In this document: positions 46,768 to 57,118 of the stretch, one piece after another | Numbering within the stretch: position 1 is the first letter of the stretch | Layout of the letters: each line of letters opens with the position of its first letter | From: Chitinophagales bacterium | GTDB lineage: Bacteria; Bacteroidota; Bacteroidia; Chitinophagales; CAIODY01 | DNA length: 64,000 nt | Reading direction: 5' to 3' | Assembly: GCA_947452995.1 (NCBI GenBank) | Contig: CANGEV010000012.1 | Location: 4,848-68,847 of the forward strand | The notes under the pieces: model-generated | Seen by the model: only the letters and a program-made list of their open reading frames with translations | Database searches by the model: none | Told to the model about the DNA's origin: nothing | Position numbers and translations under genes: made by a program

Positions 46768-49700
46768 AATCACCTTTTAAAAATCGGTCCGACGTATCTA
46801 ATCCAAAGCGATAGATGATCATATACATATAGCTTCCAATCTCTTGATCTTGACCATTAAAACGCCCATCCCAAGGAGCATTTGCGTCTGTCGTGAAATA
46901 AACACGTTGCCCCCAACGATTATATAACTCCATGCGATATTGAATTAAATTCGCAGCATTTGAAAAGATCGGACCAAATGTATCATCCAATCCATCACCA
47001 TTCGGACTAAACGCATTCGGCAACATCATCCATCCCTCACATAAATTTATCACCATCATTGCATCATGTGCTTCGCAGCCGTAATTATTCATTACGCTCA
47101 CACTATAAGTACCCGATGAATGCACCGCGTAATTCTGCCCCGTGCTTCCGTCCTGCCATATAATTTGCTGAAAAGCAGGTACAGATAAGGTTACAGGTGT
47201 TTCATCCAAACACAACTCACGATCTGGACCGAGAGATACGCTTATTAAACCTACCACTGGCACAAATATCGAAGCGGTATCCGTACATCCTGCTGCATCT
47301 TGCACCCCAACTGAATACCATGCTTCACCCGTTAATCCCCTATTACTATTCGTTCCTAATCCACCTGGCGTCCAAAAATAATTATAGGGCCCATTTCCAC
47401 TTAATACCTGCACCTCCACTTTTCCTCGTCCTTGCGCACAAGTGTCAGGTCCCATTGCTAACGCTATTTGAGCATCTACAGACGCTGCAATATTAAATGT
47501 ATCCTTAACATTACAATTCTTCGCATCCGTCAAGCTCATAATATAATTTCCAGGCGACAAACTATTAAGTATAGCACTAGTACTCAAGGCTGGATTCCAA
47601 ACAAAGCTATAAGCAGGCGTACCTCCATTTGCAATCACTTGTATACTTCCATTATTCTTCGCACAACTGGTCGATTTAACAGTTGAAGTATATTGTAAAG
47701 CACTTGGCTGTGTTATCGTAACACTAGCTTGCTTAACACAATTACCGGCATCTATCACATTGAAGACATAGGTACCAGCTTGTACATTGATTAAATTCAA
47801 ATTATTTGAAACGGAAGGATTCCAAGTATACGTATATGGCGTGAAGCCTCCACTAATCGCCGCTGTCACGGAGCCGTTACTTCCACCAAAGCATGAAATA
47901 TTTTGTTGATTGCTAAACGCAATAGCAAGCGTATTATTGATTGCAGGGACAGTGACCTGCACGCTATCCTTGCAGCCAACAGCATCTATTACAATGACCT
48001 TATAAACGCCTGCAGCAAGTCCACTTGCCACTGCCTGTGTACTTACAACCGGGTTCCAATTGAAACTATATGGACTGGCGCCTCCACTTATATTTAATGA
48101 AATCTTACCCGTATGATTAGCACAGGTATCAGCCTTCACTGTAAAACTAATCGTAGGTCCACTAGAACTTAAAATCTTTGCAGTATCTAAGATCGTACAG
48201 CCCTTCGTATCACTGAGTGTTAAAATATAATTGCCGGGAGATAGATTCGATGCTGTATTTGTAGAAGAAACAGCAGGGTTCCAAGAATAGGTATAGGTTG
48301 GTGTCCCGCCATTAGCTGTCCAGCTGATGCTACCATTATTTTTTCCGCAAGTAGTTGTTTGAATAGTAGGACTTAAAGCTAAAGCCGCTGGCTGCGTCAA
48401 GGTATAGGTGGCATTCGCCACACAATTATGTGCATCGGCAACCGATACGCTATAACTTCCAACACCTAAATTAGAGGGGTTTGAGCCACTTAAGGTATTT
48501 GGCGACCAGGTGTAGGTATAAGGTGTTTGGCCACCACTCGCACTTAAACTGATACTTCCATTTGTTGCGCCATAACATGTAGGATTGCTTGTATTATTTG
48601 CGATGCTAATGGTATTGATAATATTCGGAACATATAATGAAAATGTATCTATACAACCAAAGGTATCTACTACAGATATATGATAAAACCCAGAAGCAAT
48701 ATTCGTTACAAAATTACAATTCGTCACATTCGGCAGCCAATTATACGTATAGAATGGCGTACCTCCGCTCATCACAAAGCTCAACGCACCATTGGAATTA
48801 TTGCAGTAGGCAGCAGTTATTTGCGTGGTATGACTGAATGCTTGCGGTGCTTTAATGTGTACGGTATCGCTTATACTACAGGTCCCCGCTTGCGAAACAG
48901 TAACAATGTAAGTACCTACACCTAAATTTTTAATGGTATCCGTATTTTGCGTAGGACTAGTATTCCACAAAATAGATGGAGAAACAGTATTTCCAGTGAT
49001 ATGTACCATCGCCCAAGCATCATGACCGCCCGGACAAGTTACATTCATAGAATCAATACCCGTCCCTAAAACAGCGATTTGTTTAATGACCGTATCACTA
49101 CCGCTACAAGGATTCGTTGCGATTAGTTGAACATAATAAACTCCCGGCGCACTGAACTTATGCGTAGGATTTTGAAGACTCGAAACATTGGAAGTACCAG
49201 TACTAGGATCACCAAAATTCCAAGACCAATTGTTCGGACAATTAGTAGACGCATCGGTAAATGCAAAGTTAGCTTTCGGAGAACACAACCAAGAAAAGTT
49301 TGCCACATACTTTGGCGCATTCATGATGTAAATATCATCTATAGCTATCCCATCAAAGGCATTACAAGTAGTTCCTGCGCCGAAGGTAAATCGAAAAATT
49401 ACATTTGGCTGACCTGCTAAATTACTCATGCAATGCTTTGCCACCACCCAAGCGCCTGAGCCAAAACCACCCGTACAAGGACTCGTTGCCGATTGCAAAG
49501 TACCCGACCAGCCATCGCGCGTTGTTGCTAATGTGGTGAGATAATTAATCGGCGTATAGTTGTACCAATTTGCAGTATAGCAATCAACCGGATCATTATA
49601 CGCTCCGACATTCGTCCATGAGGTCCCATTATTCAAGGAATATTGCAGGTTACCACCATCATATTTTCGTTCGGACGACCAATAAATTTTAAATTCAATA

Positions 49701-50017
49701 TAGGGATGAGCGAGGTTCGTGAAATCGAAACAAGGGCTTTGTAGCCAAGAGCGTTCGCCATTGGTATAGGCAGTACCCGTAAGTCCACCCGTAACCCAAC
49801 ATTTTAACCCTTGTCCGGCTACAGTAATTACAGACTTGCTAGGCGAACCCCAAGCCCAGGATGTACCTGTTCCGCCTGTTGTCCAGGCAGGTAATGTTTC
49901 AAAAGTTTGATGATATGGATAGGCCGTGACACATTGTGCTTGTACAGGATTTCTGTTCACCCAAAAGGCAAAACATAAGATTCCCCACAATACATGCCAA
50001 AGGGCCTGCTTTTTCAT
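46751..50017 (-). CDS. T9SS type B C-terminal-domain protein with MAM/LamG-like N-domain, PKD domain and about 8 SprB-type repeats
   Basis: Signal peptide. PKD motif WNFGDPSTGTSN..NPTHKFSAPGVYYVQL. Repeated units contain GG(T/Q)(P)(Y/F)(T/S)Y.W.P. The C-terminus reads PNAFSPNGDGLDDTFGP...LKGDFTIIR, the gliding-motility-associated CTD (type B) signature. Confidence 0.85.
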   Translation of the reverse strand: MKKQALWHVLWGILCFAFWVNRNPVQAQCVTAYPYHQTFETLPAWTTGGTGTSWAWGSPSKSVITVAGQGLKCWVTGGLTGTAYTNGERSWLQSPCFDFTNLAHPYIEFKIYWSSERKYDGGNLQYSLNNGTSWTNVGAYNDPVDCYTANWYNYTPINYLTTLATTRDGWSGTLQSATSPCTGGFGSGAWVVAKHCMSNLAGQPNVIFRFTFGAGTTCNAFDGIAIDDIYIMNAPKYVANFSWLCSPKANFAFTDASTNCPNNWSWNFGDPSTGTSNVSSLQNPTHKFSAPGVYYVQLIATNPCSGSDTVIKQIAVLGTGIDSMNVTCPGGHDAWAMVHITGNTVSPSILWNTSPTQNTDTIKNLGVGTYIVTVSQAGTCSISDTVHIKAPQAFSHTTQITAAYCNNSNGALSFVMSGGTPFYTYNWLPNVTNCNFVTNIASGFYHISVVDTFGCIDTFSLYVPNIINTISIANNTSNPTCYGATNGSISLSASGGQTPYTYTWSPNTLSGSNPSNLGVGSYSVSVADAHNCVANATYTLTQPAALALSPTIQTTTCGKNNGSISWTANGGTPTYTYSWNPAVSSTNTASNLSPGNYILTLSDTKGCTILDTAKILSSSGPTISFTVKADTCANHTGKISLNISGGASPYSFNWNPVVSTQAVASGLAAGVYKVIVIDAVGCKDSVQVTVPAINNTLAIAFSNQQNISCFGGSNGSVTAAISGGFTPYTYTWNPSVSNNLNLINVQAGTYVFNVIDAGNCVKQASVTITQPSALQYTSTVKSTSCAKNNGSIQVIANGGTPAYSFVWNPALSTSAILNSLSPGNYIMSLTDAKNCNVKDTFNIAASVDAQIALAMGPDTCAQGRGKVEVQVLSGNGPYNYFWTPGGLGTNSNRGLTGEAWYSVGVQDAAGCTDTASIFVPVVGLISVSLGPDRELCLDETPVTLSVPAFQQIIWQDGSTGQNYAVHSSGTYSVSVMNNYGCEAHDAMMVINLCEGWMMLPNAFSPNGDGLDDTFGPIFSNAANLIQYRMELYNRWGQRVYFTTDANAPWDGRFNGQDQEIGSYMYMIIYRFGLDTSDRFLKGDFTIIR

Positions 50018-50085
50018 GCTACGAAAATACGTAACGAAAGCCGATTTTATATGAATTTATAGTTACTATCCACAACAAAAATCAA

Positions 50086-50120
50086 CAAAAAAAATCCCCC
50101 TTCTGTGAAGAAGGAGGATT
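50086..50120 (-). terminator. rho-independent terminator of the 2318-aa adhesin gene
   Basis: The minus strand reads ATCCTCCTTCT-tcac-AGAAGGGGGAT (one mismatch) followed by T8-9. It lies about 25 nt after the stop at 50145. Confidence 0.7.
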
Positions 50121-50144
50121 TTCGATTCTTTCAAAAAATCGTTT

Positions 50145-53100
50145 TTAGTGCTGTATTTCAACAAGTTGATTACTGATAATACTCGCATCCTTTAAAATAA
50201 CCACGCGATAGGTACCAGCCTGCATGTTTGAAACAGGAATATTTAATTGCTCAATCCCTTGCACAAATTCTTTCACCATGACTAATTGATTTAAGCTATT
50301 ATAGATTTCACAATACATACCAGCGACGTTAGGACTGTTGTAACGAAGCATTAAATTATCGTGAGCAGGATTTGGATATAAGCTAAATGAATTCTTCACC
50401 GCAGTTTTCAATGCCATTATTGAAGAATAAACAGGCAATTCAAAGTTTGAATTTGATACAGCCTTTATTCGATAATAATTCAAGCCTGCAAAAGGAGAGC
50501 TATGCAAATACGAAAACTCAACTTGTCCTTTTTTAATTTGGCTCGACTCTATTCTTGCAATTTTAACAAAGTGAATTCCATCCGCAGAATGTTCGATTTC
50601 GAATTCACGATTCTCAGTGTACATACTCATTTTCCAATTAATTGCTATACCGCTCTTCTGTGCAACAGCAATGTTAGAAATAAATTGAATAGGCAATACA
50701 GAAGCATTAGAGATAATAATGGAAGAGGTTGCAACTGCTCTACAGCCGTATACATCTGTCATAGTATACATTACCGCAAAGGTGTCCACCGTACTTCCTG
50801 TTAAAGTGATATTACCGCTCAGAGAGTCGATCAGTAAACCAGGATCTGCACTGAATATACCACCACTAAATCCATTAACCGTTGCATAGGCTGTTCCATG
50901 TGCGGGATAAGGACTACCCACATAACTAACGGTAGCCGTTGGTAAAGCATTCACAGTGATAGTCGCTGTTTGTACTGCAGACATATCGACACCTGCATGT
51001 ACCGTATCTCCATTATCTTTAATATAGATACTTAAGTTAGCTACGCCGCTTTTTCCTGTAGCTAGTGCAAATGCTAAGTTTCCTGAAGCATCAATACTAG
51101 GCTGCGTAGAGAATAAAGAATTATTATCATTTGTTACAATGAACGTAAGCGTTTGCGTTGATTCATTACTTGGTCCTGTGGACATCCCTGAAGCCCATCC
51201 ATTCACAATATTAACTCCACTATTTTCGCAAACGGATAGATTAGTTCCCTTGCTAAAAGTAGGCGCATCGTTTACCGGTAAAATTGTCAAATAAATAGTC
51301 CCAACATTAGACGTTAAGGTATCAAAATCTTTTACAGTATAGGTCATACTTACTGCGCCATAAAAATTAGCCGTCGGTGTAAAAGTTACATAACCAGGAT
51401 AATTTGTAGGACTGGTAATGCTCCAAGTACCATTTGCAGTCACTAGTGTTCCAGTTAAAGCCAAAGTGCTCGGGTCAATCATATTATTATCGACGTCATT
51501 TGAAGTAACATCAAACGAAATAACATTATCCTCATAACCTGTTCGGTTATCATCATTCGCAGTAGGTGTACCTAGCGGTAAGATGGTTATATCAATATGG
51601 GTCATTGAAGATGTAGCACCACTCTTATCATTCACCGTATAATGAACTTGCGTTAGTGGTCCAACTGGAGTCGAGAAAGTATAAGTAAAAGTTACATTGC
51701 CATAAATATCTACAGTATAGGTTCCTTCCCCAGCAACAGTATAGCTAGTTTGCTGCCCTGCAGTATAAGGATCCAAATCAACAGATGTTGAATCGATTGC
51801 ATCGTCCATATCTGAATCATTTGTCAATACATTAAACGTGACAGAAGCAACAGATGCAGTAGCGGTAGTACTACGAGCATCGCTCACGGTCGTTGGAGGA
51901 TCATTTACTGGAATCACAGTAACGATAATTAAACCACTATCCGAAACTAATCCGAGATTATCCTTAATCGTATAGGATTTAGGTGTTGCAGTGCCATTAT
52001 AGTTTGCTACTGGCGTGAAGGTAACTACACCCAAAGCGTTCACAGTATACGTGCCTTGTCCACTCACCGTATAGGTTGTTTGAATACCTGCAGTTAATGG
52101 GTCTAAATCTACTTTACTAGAATCTACATACCCATCATAATCATAATCATTCAAAACAATAGTATAGGTCACAGGGACATCTTCATTCGTAGTTAGGGCA
52201 TCATCAATGGCGAATGGAGCTGAGTTCACCCAATTTACCACAACGGTAATATTGGCGATGTTTGAAACTAAACCAAGTACATCTTTAACAGTATAAGGGA
52301 TTGTTACTGTACCATAATAATACGGATCAGGTGTGAACGTAACGTTGCCTAACATATCCACATAAAACTGTCCTTGACCAGGCGCATAATAAGCCCCTTG
52401 AATACCTGTTGAATTCGGATCTAAATCAACACGCGCCACGTTAATCGCATTCGTACCATAATCATTATTAGTTACAGAGAAGGTAACGCTCACATTTTCA
52501 TTTGTACTTGCATTATCATTTACAGCGGTTGGTGCTCCGGCAGGAACTACTGTCACATCAATGGTAGTTACATTTGATGTCAATGACACACTATTATCTA
52601 CTGTATAATACAATGTTGTAACATTTCCATAGAAAGTGGAAACCGGTGTAAATGTAAGGGTTGCGCCACTTAAGGTAAATGTACCCTGACCTGTCAAGGT
52701 ATAGCTAGATTGGGTTCCAGCCGTATACGGATCTAAATCAATACTACTATTCACAAGCGTACCATCCACATTAATATCATTCGACAACAAACTAATATTC
52801 ACTGCAGTATTTTGCGTTGTCGAAGCGGTATTTGCAATCGCGACAGGCGGTGCATTTACATGCGTAACATTGATAGTTACAGTACCGGCTATAGTACCTA
52901 GGCTTGCATCATTGGCTTTAAAAGTAAAGGTCGTTAATGCATTACCATAAACGTTTACTGGAGGATCATATGTCAAGTACACAATATCAGAAGCTAGAAT
53001 TGTTTGTCCAACCGTAACTGCAACACCATTTAAATAAAGGGTACCTTGACTAGGCAAAGTAGCGATTGTGATTGATTGCAATGCATCACTTTCAACATCT

Positions 53101-56100
53101 GTATAAGGAAAATCTGCAGCAACAAAGTGATACAAGACATTCTCTGGAGTGGTGATCGTTGAGTTCGTAGCAACAGGAGGATCATTCACTGGTGTTATTG
53201 TAATGGTTATCGTCCCTGAATTGGAAGTAAGATTGTCATTATCCTTCACAGTATAGGTGATGGCAACGGTTCCATTATAATTTGCAACAGGTGTGAACGT
53301 AACGACACCAGATGAATTAACAGTGAAAGTCCCCTTTCCTACTGATGTGAAGCTTGTTTGTGTTCCTGCAGTAGCAGGATCTAAATCAACCGTGCTGATA
53401 GTTACAGTTCCATCAACGTCATTATCGTTTGTGACAATATTTAATGTAACCGCATTATCTTCTGTTGTAGTCGTTGCATCATTGTTGGCTACTGGTGCAG
53501 TAGGAATTTTGATGGCGAAGTTTAGGTTGTTCTCGTTGTTCGTTAAAGCAGTAGTTATTCTATAGCGCAATCTACCATCCGCAACACCTGCTGTACCCGT
53601 AATAGTATTACCAATATCATTATTAACCTCCCCAATGAAAGTGGCTCCCGTAGCTCCCAAACTAGGATTCGCAGATGCGTAGGTAGTGGTGGTCGGATAG
53701 TTGGTAGTTGATACGACAAAATGGTATGTTGTACTGTTTACCGGAGAAAAATTAATTTGCCAAGTACCGTTTGAAGCAACGGCTGCTGTAGCCTTCACCA
53801 ATCGATTGCTAGTAGGGGTAGTACTTGAATCGACCATCGAAACATATAATTGTGTTCCGTTAATAGAACCTATTCCCGTTCCATCAACTTTCCCCGGAGC
53901 TGCGGTACCATTGATATCCCAATAAACATTTCCCATAATTGGTATAATAGCACCAGCACAGTCCGAAACTTGAATCGCTAAGGAAGCTGGTGTACCTTGA
54001 CCACACGCATTCACAGGCGTTGCAACTACGTTATAAGAACCACTCTGCCCTAGGTTATTAAAACCTACAACAATTGAACTAGTTCCTTGTCCGCTTAAAA
54101 TCGTTCCACCTGTTGGTGCTGTCCAGTTGATTGAAGTAGTATTCGTAAAACCACTCACAGTGAACCCTGCCCGCGTCATTGTATCGCAATAGGCGTTATT
54201 TCCAATATGATAATTAACATACATTTGCACAGCATCCACATAAGCAACAGCATTGTTCGAACCAATATTTACTCTGTAACGAATACCGAAACGTGGCATG
54301 TTAACAATCGTTGGTGTTAAAGTCGCCGTGGTTGCTCCCCACATATTCGTTGCCCCTCCATATGTTGTAACAGCATCTGTTGTTCCCCAATTGGTAGTGC
54401 TTACCGTTAAATTACTTCCAATTGATGCCCGCGTCAAAAAGTTGACCAGACTGATACGATTGTCTTGGATTGTTCCACTCGCCTTTTTCTCAACTTGAAC
54501 CGTAACTCCATCAATAGTTGCATTGGTTGGTATATTAAACCCAAATCCATAAAAATAAATATAGCCTGAATTACCTGTAGTAGAGTTGGTAACAGATGTA
54601 TAAGCATTATCGCTAACAAATGCGTTATTTATGGTAGACCATATAGGCGATGTAGTTGTAGTTGAATCCTTTGTACATAAATTGTACCCTGCAGTACCTG
54701 CTGTATAAGAAGGCGCGTTCAAGCTCGCCGTAATCACACCTGTTCCCATCGTATTTGAAATGGTAACTGTAGCAGGATTACCTGTGATACTTGAAGCTGT
54801 ACAACCCACCGCATCTGTTACACTTAACAAAGTATAAGATGTCGTTAAAGAAGGCGTTACGCTGATGTTCGAACCCGAAGTATAATTTGAAACTGTACCT
54901 ACCCCATTATTAATCGATAAAGTATAGGGGGATGTACCGCCAGTAATAGCTACATTCAATCGGTTATTACAATTCGCAGAAGTAGCACTCAATACGGCTG
55001 ATGAAATGCCTGGATTGAATGTCACAACTACATCATCATACGTTGTCGGACAACCCGGACTACTCAAAGTCCAACGTAAAGTATACGTATTGCCGGAAAC
55101 CCCATTGAAGGTCGTGTTATATAAGGTCGTAGTAGATGTATTCCCAACACCGAATCCACCACCCGTACCTGAAACAATAGACCAAACGCCACTTGTGCCT
55201 GCAGGGTTATTACCACCTAAGGTGATCGTCGTAACGCCACATGTACTTGTACCCGTTGCATCCGCACCTGCATTCGCAATATTGATATCGGCAGGGAAAT
55301 TATAAATGAAATGACAACCCGTCCCTGTAATATAAAGGTTACCAGTATAAGTTCCAGCATTGGCTGCCGTTACATTACTGATTGTTGGATTTTGCAAAGT
55401 AGAGGAGAAGCTGTTCGGCCCCGTCCACAAATAAGTTGCTGCCGGAGAAGATGGACCATTAAATTGAATCGTTCCTCCTGAACAAATTGGCGCATTCGCT
55501 GTCATCGTTGGAACAGTACATCCTCCTGTAAATACAGGCGTCTGAGTAGCTCCTGAAATCAAACAGCCGTATTGATTGAAAATACCTGGTGTAGATGCGT
55601 TGTCATAGGTATTTCCAGAAACGTTACCCGTCCCAACCATATGCGCACTATTATCAATCTTATTATCGCAATATAAGTACACACAGTCGTTGCTTACGCG
55701 TACCTTAAACTTAAACTGCGTACTATCCGTTCCATAAGGAGAATTGTTCACCTGACCACCTAAAAAGCCATTCGCACTAGTACCTACACGTACTTTAACA
55801 ACCTTTGAAGCTGCAATATAGTCGGCTTGATCATCGCCTACTGCATCTGTTTTTGCACCAGCATTAGGTCCGTATGTAACTGTAATAGAGTTAGGGACAT
55901 AAATTGCATTCCCTTCAATAGTATCAGTTATGTAGGTATTTATTGAAGGATCTGAACCAATGTTCATCCCTACCACTGTATACTCCAACGTATCTCCCGG
56001 AGATGCATTCGCTGCACTTGGATGCGTCACATTACGCACACGAACTGCACTTCGTAAATCTGGTTCATACACGTCAATCGCAGACGTTACAACCTGCGTT

Positions 56101-57101
56101 AAAAAGATCTCACCACCGGTCGTCTGACGAATAATACCAGATACCGCATTATTTCCGATATAATTCTTTGTACTATTATTCGGCACAAAGATATTCGCAT
56201 CATAACCCAAGTTATTATTGTAAGATGGATTCCGCAATGGCGTCAATACACCATTCTTCGAAATCGTACTGTTGAACATATCTGAAGTAGGATGTATCGC
56301 ATCTGATAAATTCACAAAAGCAGAAGCGCCTTTAAACATCAACTGATCTCCTGTTAAAGAACGGTCACCATCATATATAACCAAGCCTAATTCAAAATTA
56401 ATCGGACCAGAAAGAGGCGTTTGAAACCCAGAAATAGGGATATCGACTGTCGTTACACCTCCACCACCGACGTTTGCCAAACCATCAAAAACAGTCAGGT
56501 TACGCATGGTTTGTAGATTATCCTTATAAATTACTACGATGGTCCAACCGCCAAACAAGTTTTTACCCGCTACATCCACCGCAACATTCGCAACAGTATA
56601 AATATCGTTTAAGGTACCTGCTTGAACAATGGAAGTGATATCCTTGAAACAATGATACGTCTTGTAACCTACCGTATTATCCTTAAAGTAATCTGCTGTA
56701 AGCGTTTGATACGAACCACTATTTACTTTCAACTTAACCTGACTACGTGTGGCAAAATTCTCATCACCCGTTGAACAGTCTGCTCCCCAATACAATCCAG
56801 CCCAGGTAATCTCTGTACAGGTCGGCAAATTCAACTGATCACTGCTCGACATGAAGGTGGTTGGATCACTATCGATGTCAACATAATCATTCGTATAGTT
56901 ATTGTCATATCCTGTTCCACTTGGTGGCATCTCATTCTGCACAATATTGGCAGGAGTAGCTCTAGAAGCCGTGTTGGATAAATACAATATACCGCCCTTT
57001 TGCGTGACAGTTTTTCGGATGGTAAATGGAGTAATTACCTGAGCATTTGCAATACCCAAAGTGATAACCATTAAAATTAAAAGTAAGTGTAAACGTTTCA
57101 T
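50145..57101 (-). CDS. giant surface adhesin-like protein with cadherin-like ('tandem-95'-type) repeats and T9SS type A CTD
   Basis: 2318 aa with a signal peptide. The N-terminal region of about 480 aa is unassigned and beta-rich. Ig-like modules follow. About eight roughly 100-aa repeats are encoded at about 50940-53520, bounded by VND(A/P)P (e.g. PVANNDATTTTEDNAVTLNIVTNDNDVDGT...TPVNDPP). The C-terminus reads SLYPNPAHDNLML...AGTYRVVIL. Confidence 0.85.
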   Translation of the reverse strand: MKRLHLLLILMVITLGIANAQVITPFTIRKTVTQKGGILYLSNTASRATPANIVQNEMPPSGTGYDNNYTNDYVDIDSDPTTFMSSSDQLNLPTCTEITWAGLYWGADCSTGDENFATRSQVKLKVNSGSYQTLTADYFKDNTVGYKTYHCFKDITSIVQAGTLNDIYTVANVAVDVAGKNLFGGWTIVVIYKDNLQTMRNLTVFDGLANVGGGGVTTVDIPISGFQTPLSGPINFELGLVIYDGDRSLTGDQLMFKGASAFVNLSDAIHPTSDMFNSTISKNGVLTPLRNPSYNNNLGYDANIFVPNNSTKNYIGNNAVSGIIRQTTGGEIFLTQVVTSAIDVYEPDLRSAVRVRNVTHPSAANASPGDTLEYTVVGMNIGSDPSINTYITDTIEGNAIYVPNSITVTYGPNAGAKTDAVGDDQADYIAASKVVKVRVGTSANGFLGGQVNNSPYGTDSTQFKFKVRVSNDCVYLYCDNKIDNSAHMVGTGNVSGNTYDNASTPGIFNQYGCLISGATQTPVFTGGCTVPTMTANAPICSGGTIQFNGPSSPAATYLWTGPNSFSSTLQNPTISNVTAANAGTYTGNLYITGTGCHFIYNFPADINIANAGADATGTSTCGVTTITLGGNNPAGTSGVWSIVSGTGGGFGVGNTSTTTLYNTTFNGVSGNTYTLRWTLSSPGCPTTYDDVVVTFNPGISSAVLSATSANCNNRLNVAITGGTSPYTLSINNGVGTVSNYTSGSNISVTPSLTTSYTLLSVTDAVGCTASSITGNPATVTISNTMGTGVITASLNAPSYTAGTAGYNLCTKDSTTTTSPIWSTINNAFVSDNAYTSVTNSTTGNSGYIYFYGFGFNIPTNATIDGVTVQVEKKASGTIQDNRISLVNFLTRASIGSNLTVSTTNWGTTDAVTTYGGATNMWGATTATLTPTIVNMPRFGIRYRVNIGSNNAVAYVDAVQMYVNYHIGNNAYCDTMTRAGFTVSGFTNTTSINWTAPTGGTILSGQGTSSIVVGFNNLGQSGSYNVVATPVNACGQGTPASLAIQVSDCAGAIIPIMGNVYWDINGTAAPGKVDGTGIGSINGTQLYVSMVDSSTTPTSNRLVKATAAVASNGTWQINFSPVNSTTYHFVVSTTNYPTTTTYASANPSLGATGATFIGEVNNDIGNTITGTAGVADGRLRYRITTALTNNENNLNFAIKIPTAPVANNDATTTTEDNAVTLNIVTNDNDVDGTVTISTVDLDPATAGTQTSFTSVGKGTFTVNSSGVVTFTPVANYNGTVAITYTVKDNDNLTSNSGTITITITPVNDPPVATNSTITTPENVLYHFVAADFPYTDVESDALQSITIATLPSQGTLYLNGVAVTVGQTILASDIVYLTYDPPVNVYGNALTTFTFKANDASLGTIAGTVTINVTHVNAPPVAIANTASTTQNTAVNISLLSNDINVDGTLVNSSIDLDPYTAGTQSSYTLTGQGTFTLSGATLTFTPVSTFYGNVTTLYYTVDNSVSLTSNVTTIDVTVVPAGAPTAVNDNASTNENVSVTFSVTNNDYGTNAINVARVDLDPNSTGIQGAYYAPGQGQFYVDMLGNVTFTPDPYYYGTVTIPYTVKDVLGLVSNIANITVVVNWVNSAPFAIDDALTTNEDVPVTYTIVLNDYDYDGYVDSSKVDLDPLTAGIQTTYTVSGQGTYTVNALGVVTFTPVANYNGTATPKSYTIKDNLGLVSDSGLIIVTVIPVNDPPTTVSDARSTTATASVASVTFNVLTNDSDMDDAIDSTSVDLDPYTAGQQTSYTVAGEGTYTVDIYGNVTFTYTFSTPVGPLTQVHYTVNDKSGATSSMTHIDITILPLGTPTANDDNRTGYEDNVISFDVTSNDVDNNMIDPSTLALTGTLVTANGTWSITSPTNYPGYVTFTPTANFYGAVSMTYTVKDFDTLTSNVGTIYLTILPVNDAPTFSKGTNLSVCENSGVNIVNGWASGMSTGPSNESTQTLTFIVTNDNNSLFSTQPSIDASGNLAFALATGKSGVANLSIYIKDNGDTVHAGVDMSAVQTATITVNALPTATVSYVGSPYPAHGTAYATVNGFSGGIFSADPGLLIDSLSGNITLTGSTVDTFAVMYTMTDVYGCRAVATSSIIISNASVLPIQFISNIAVAQKSGIAINWKMSMYTENREFEIEHSADGIHFVKIARIESSQIKKGQVEFSYLHSSPFAGLNYYRIKAVSNSNFELPVYSSIMALKTAVKNSFSLYPNPAHDNLMLRYNSPNVAGMYCEIYNSLNQLVMVKEFVQGIEQLNIPVSNMQAGTYRVVILKDASIISNQLVEIQH

Positions 57102-57118
57102 ATGATACTTAAAGGTGA

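Noticed and set aside
47197-55305. Numerous 60-100-aa antisense ORFs inside the two giant adhesin genes (e.g. 47197..47496, 49127..49420, 53293..53565, 55006..55305)
   Set aside because: These are shadow ORFs on the opposite strand of long, motif-supported genes, with no conserved-looking sequence.
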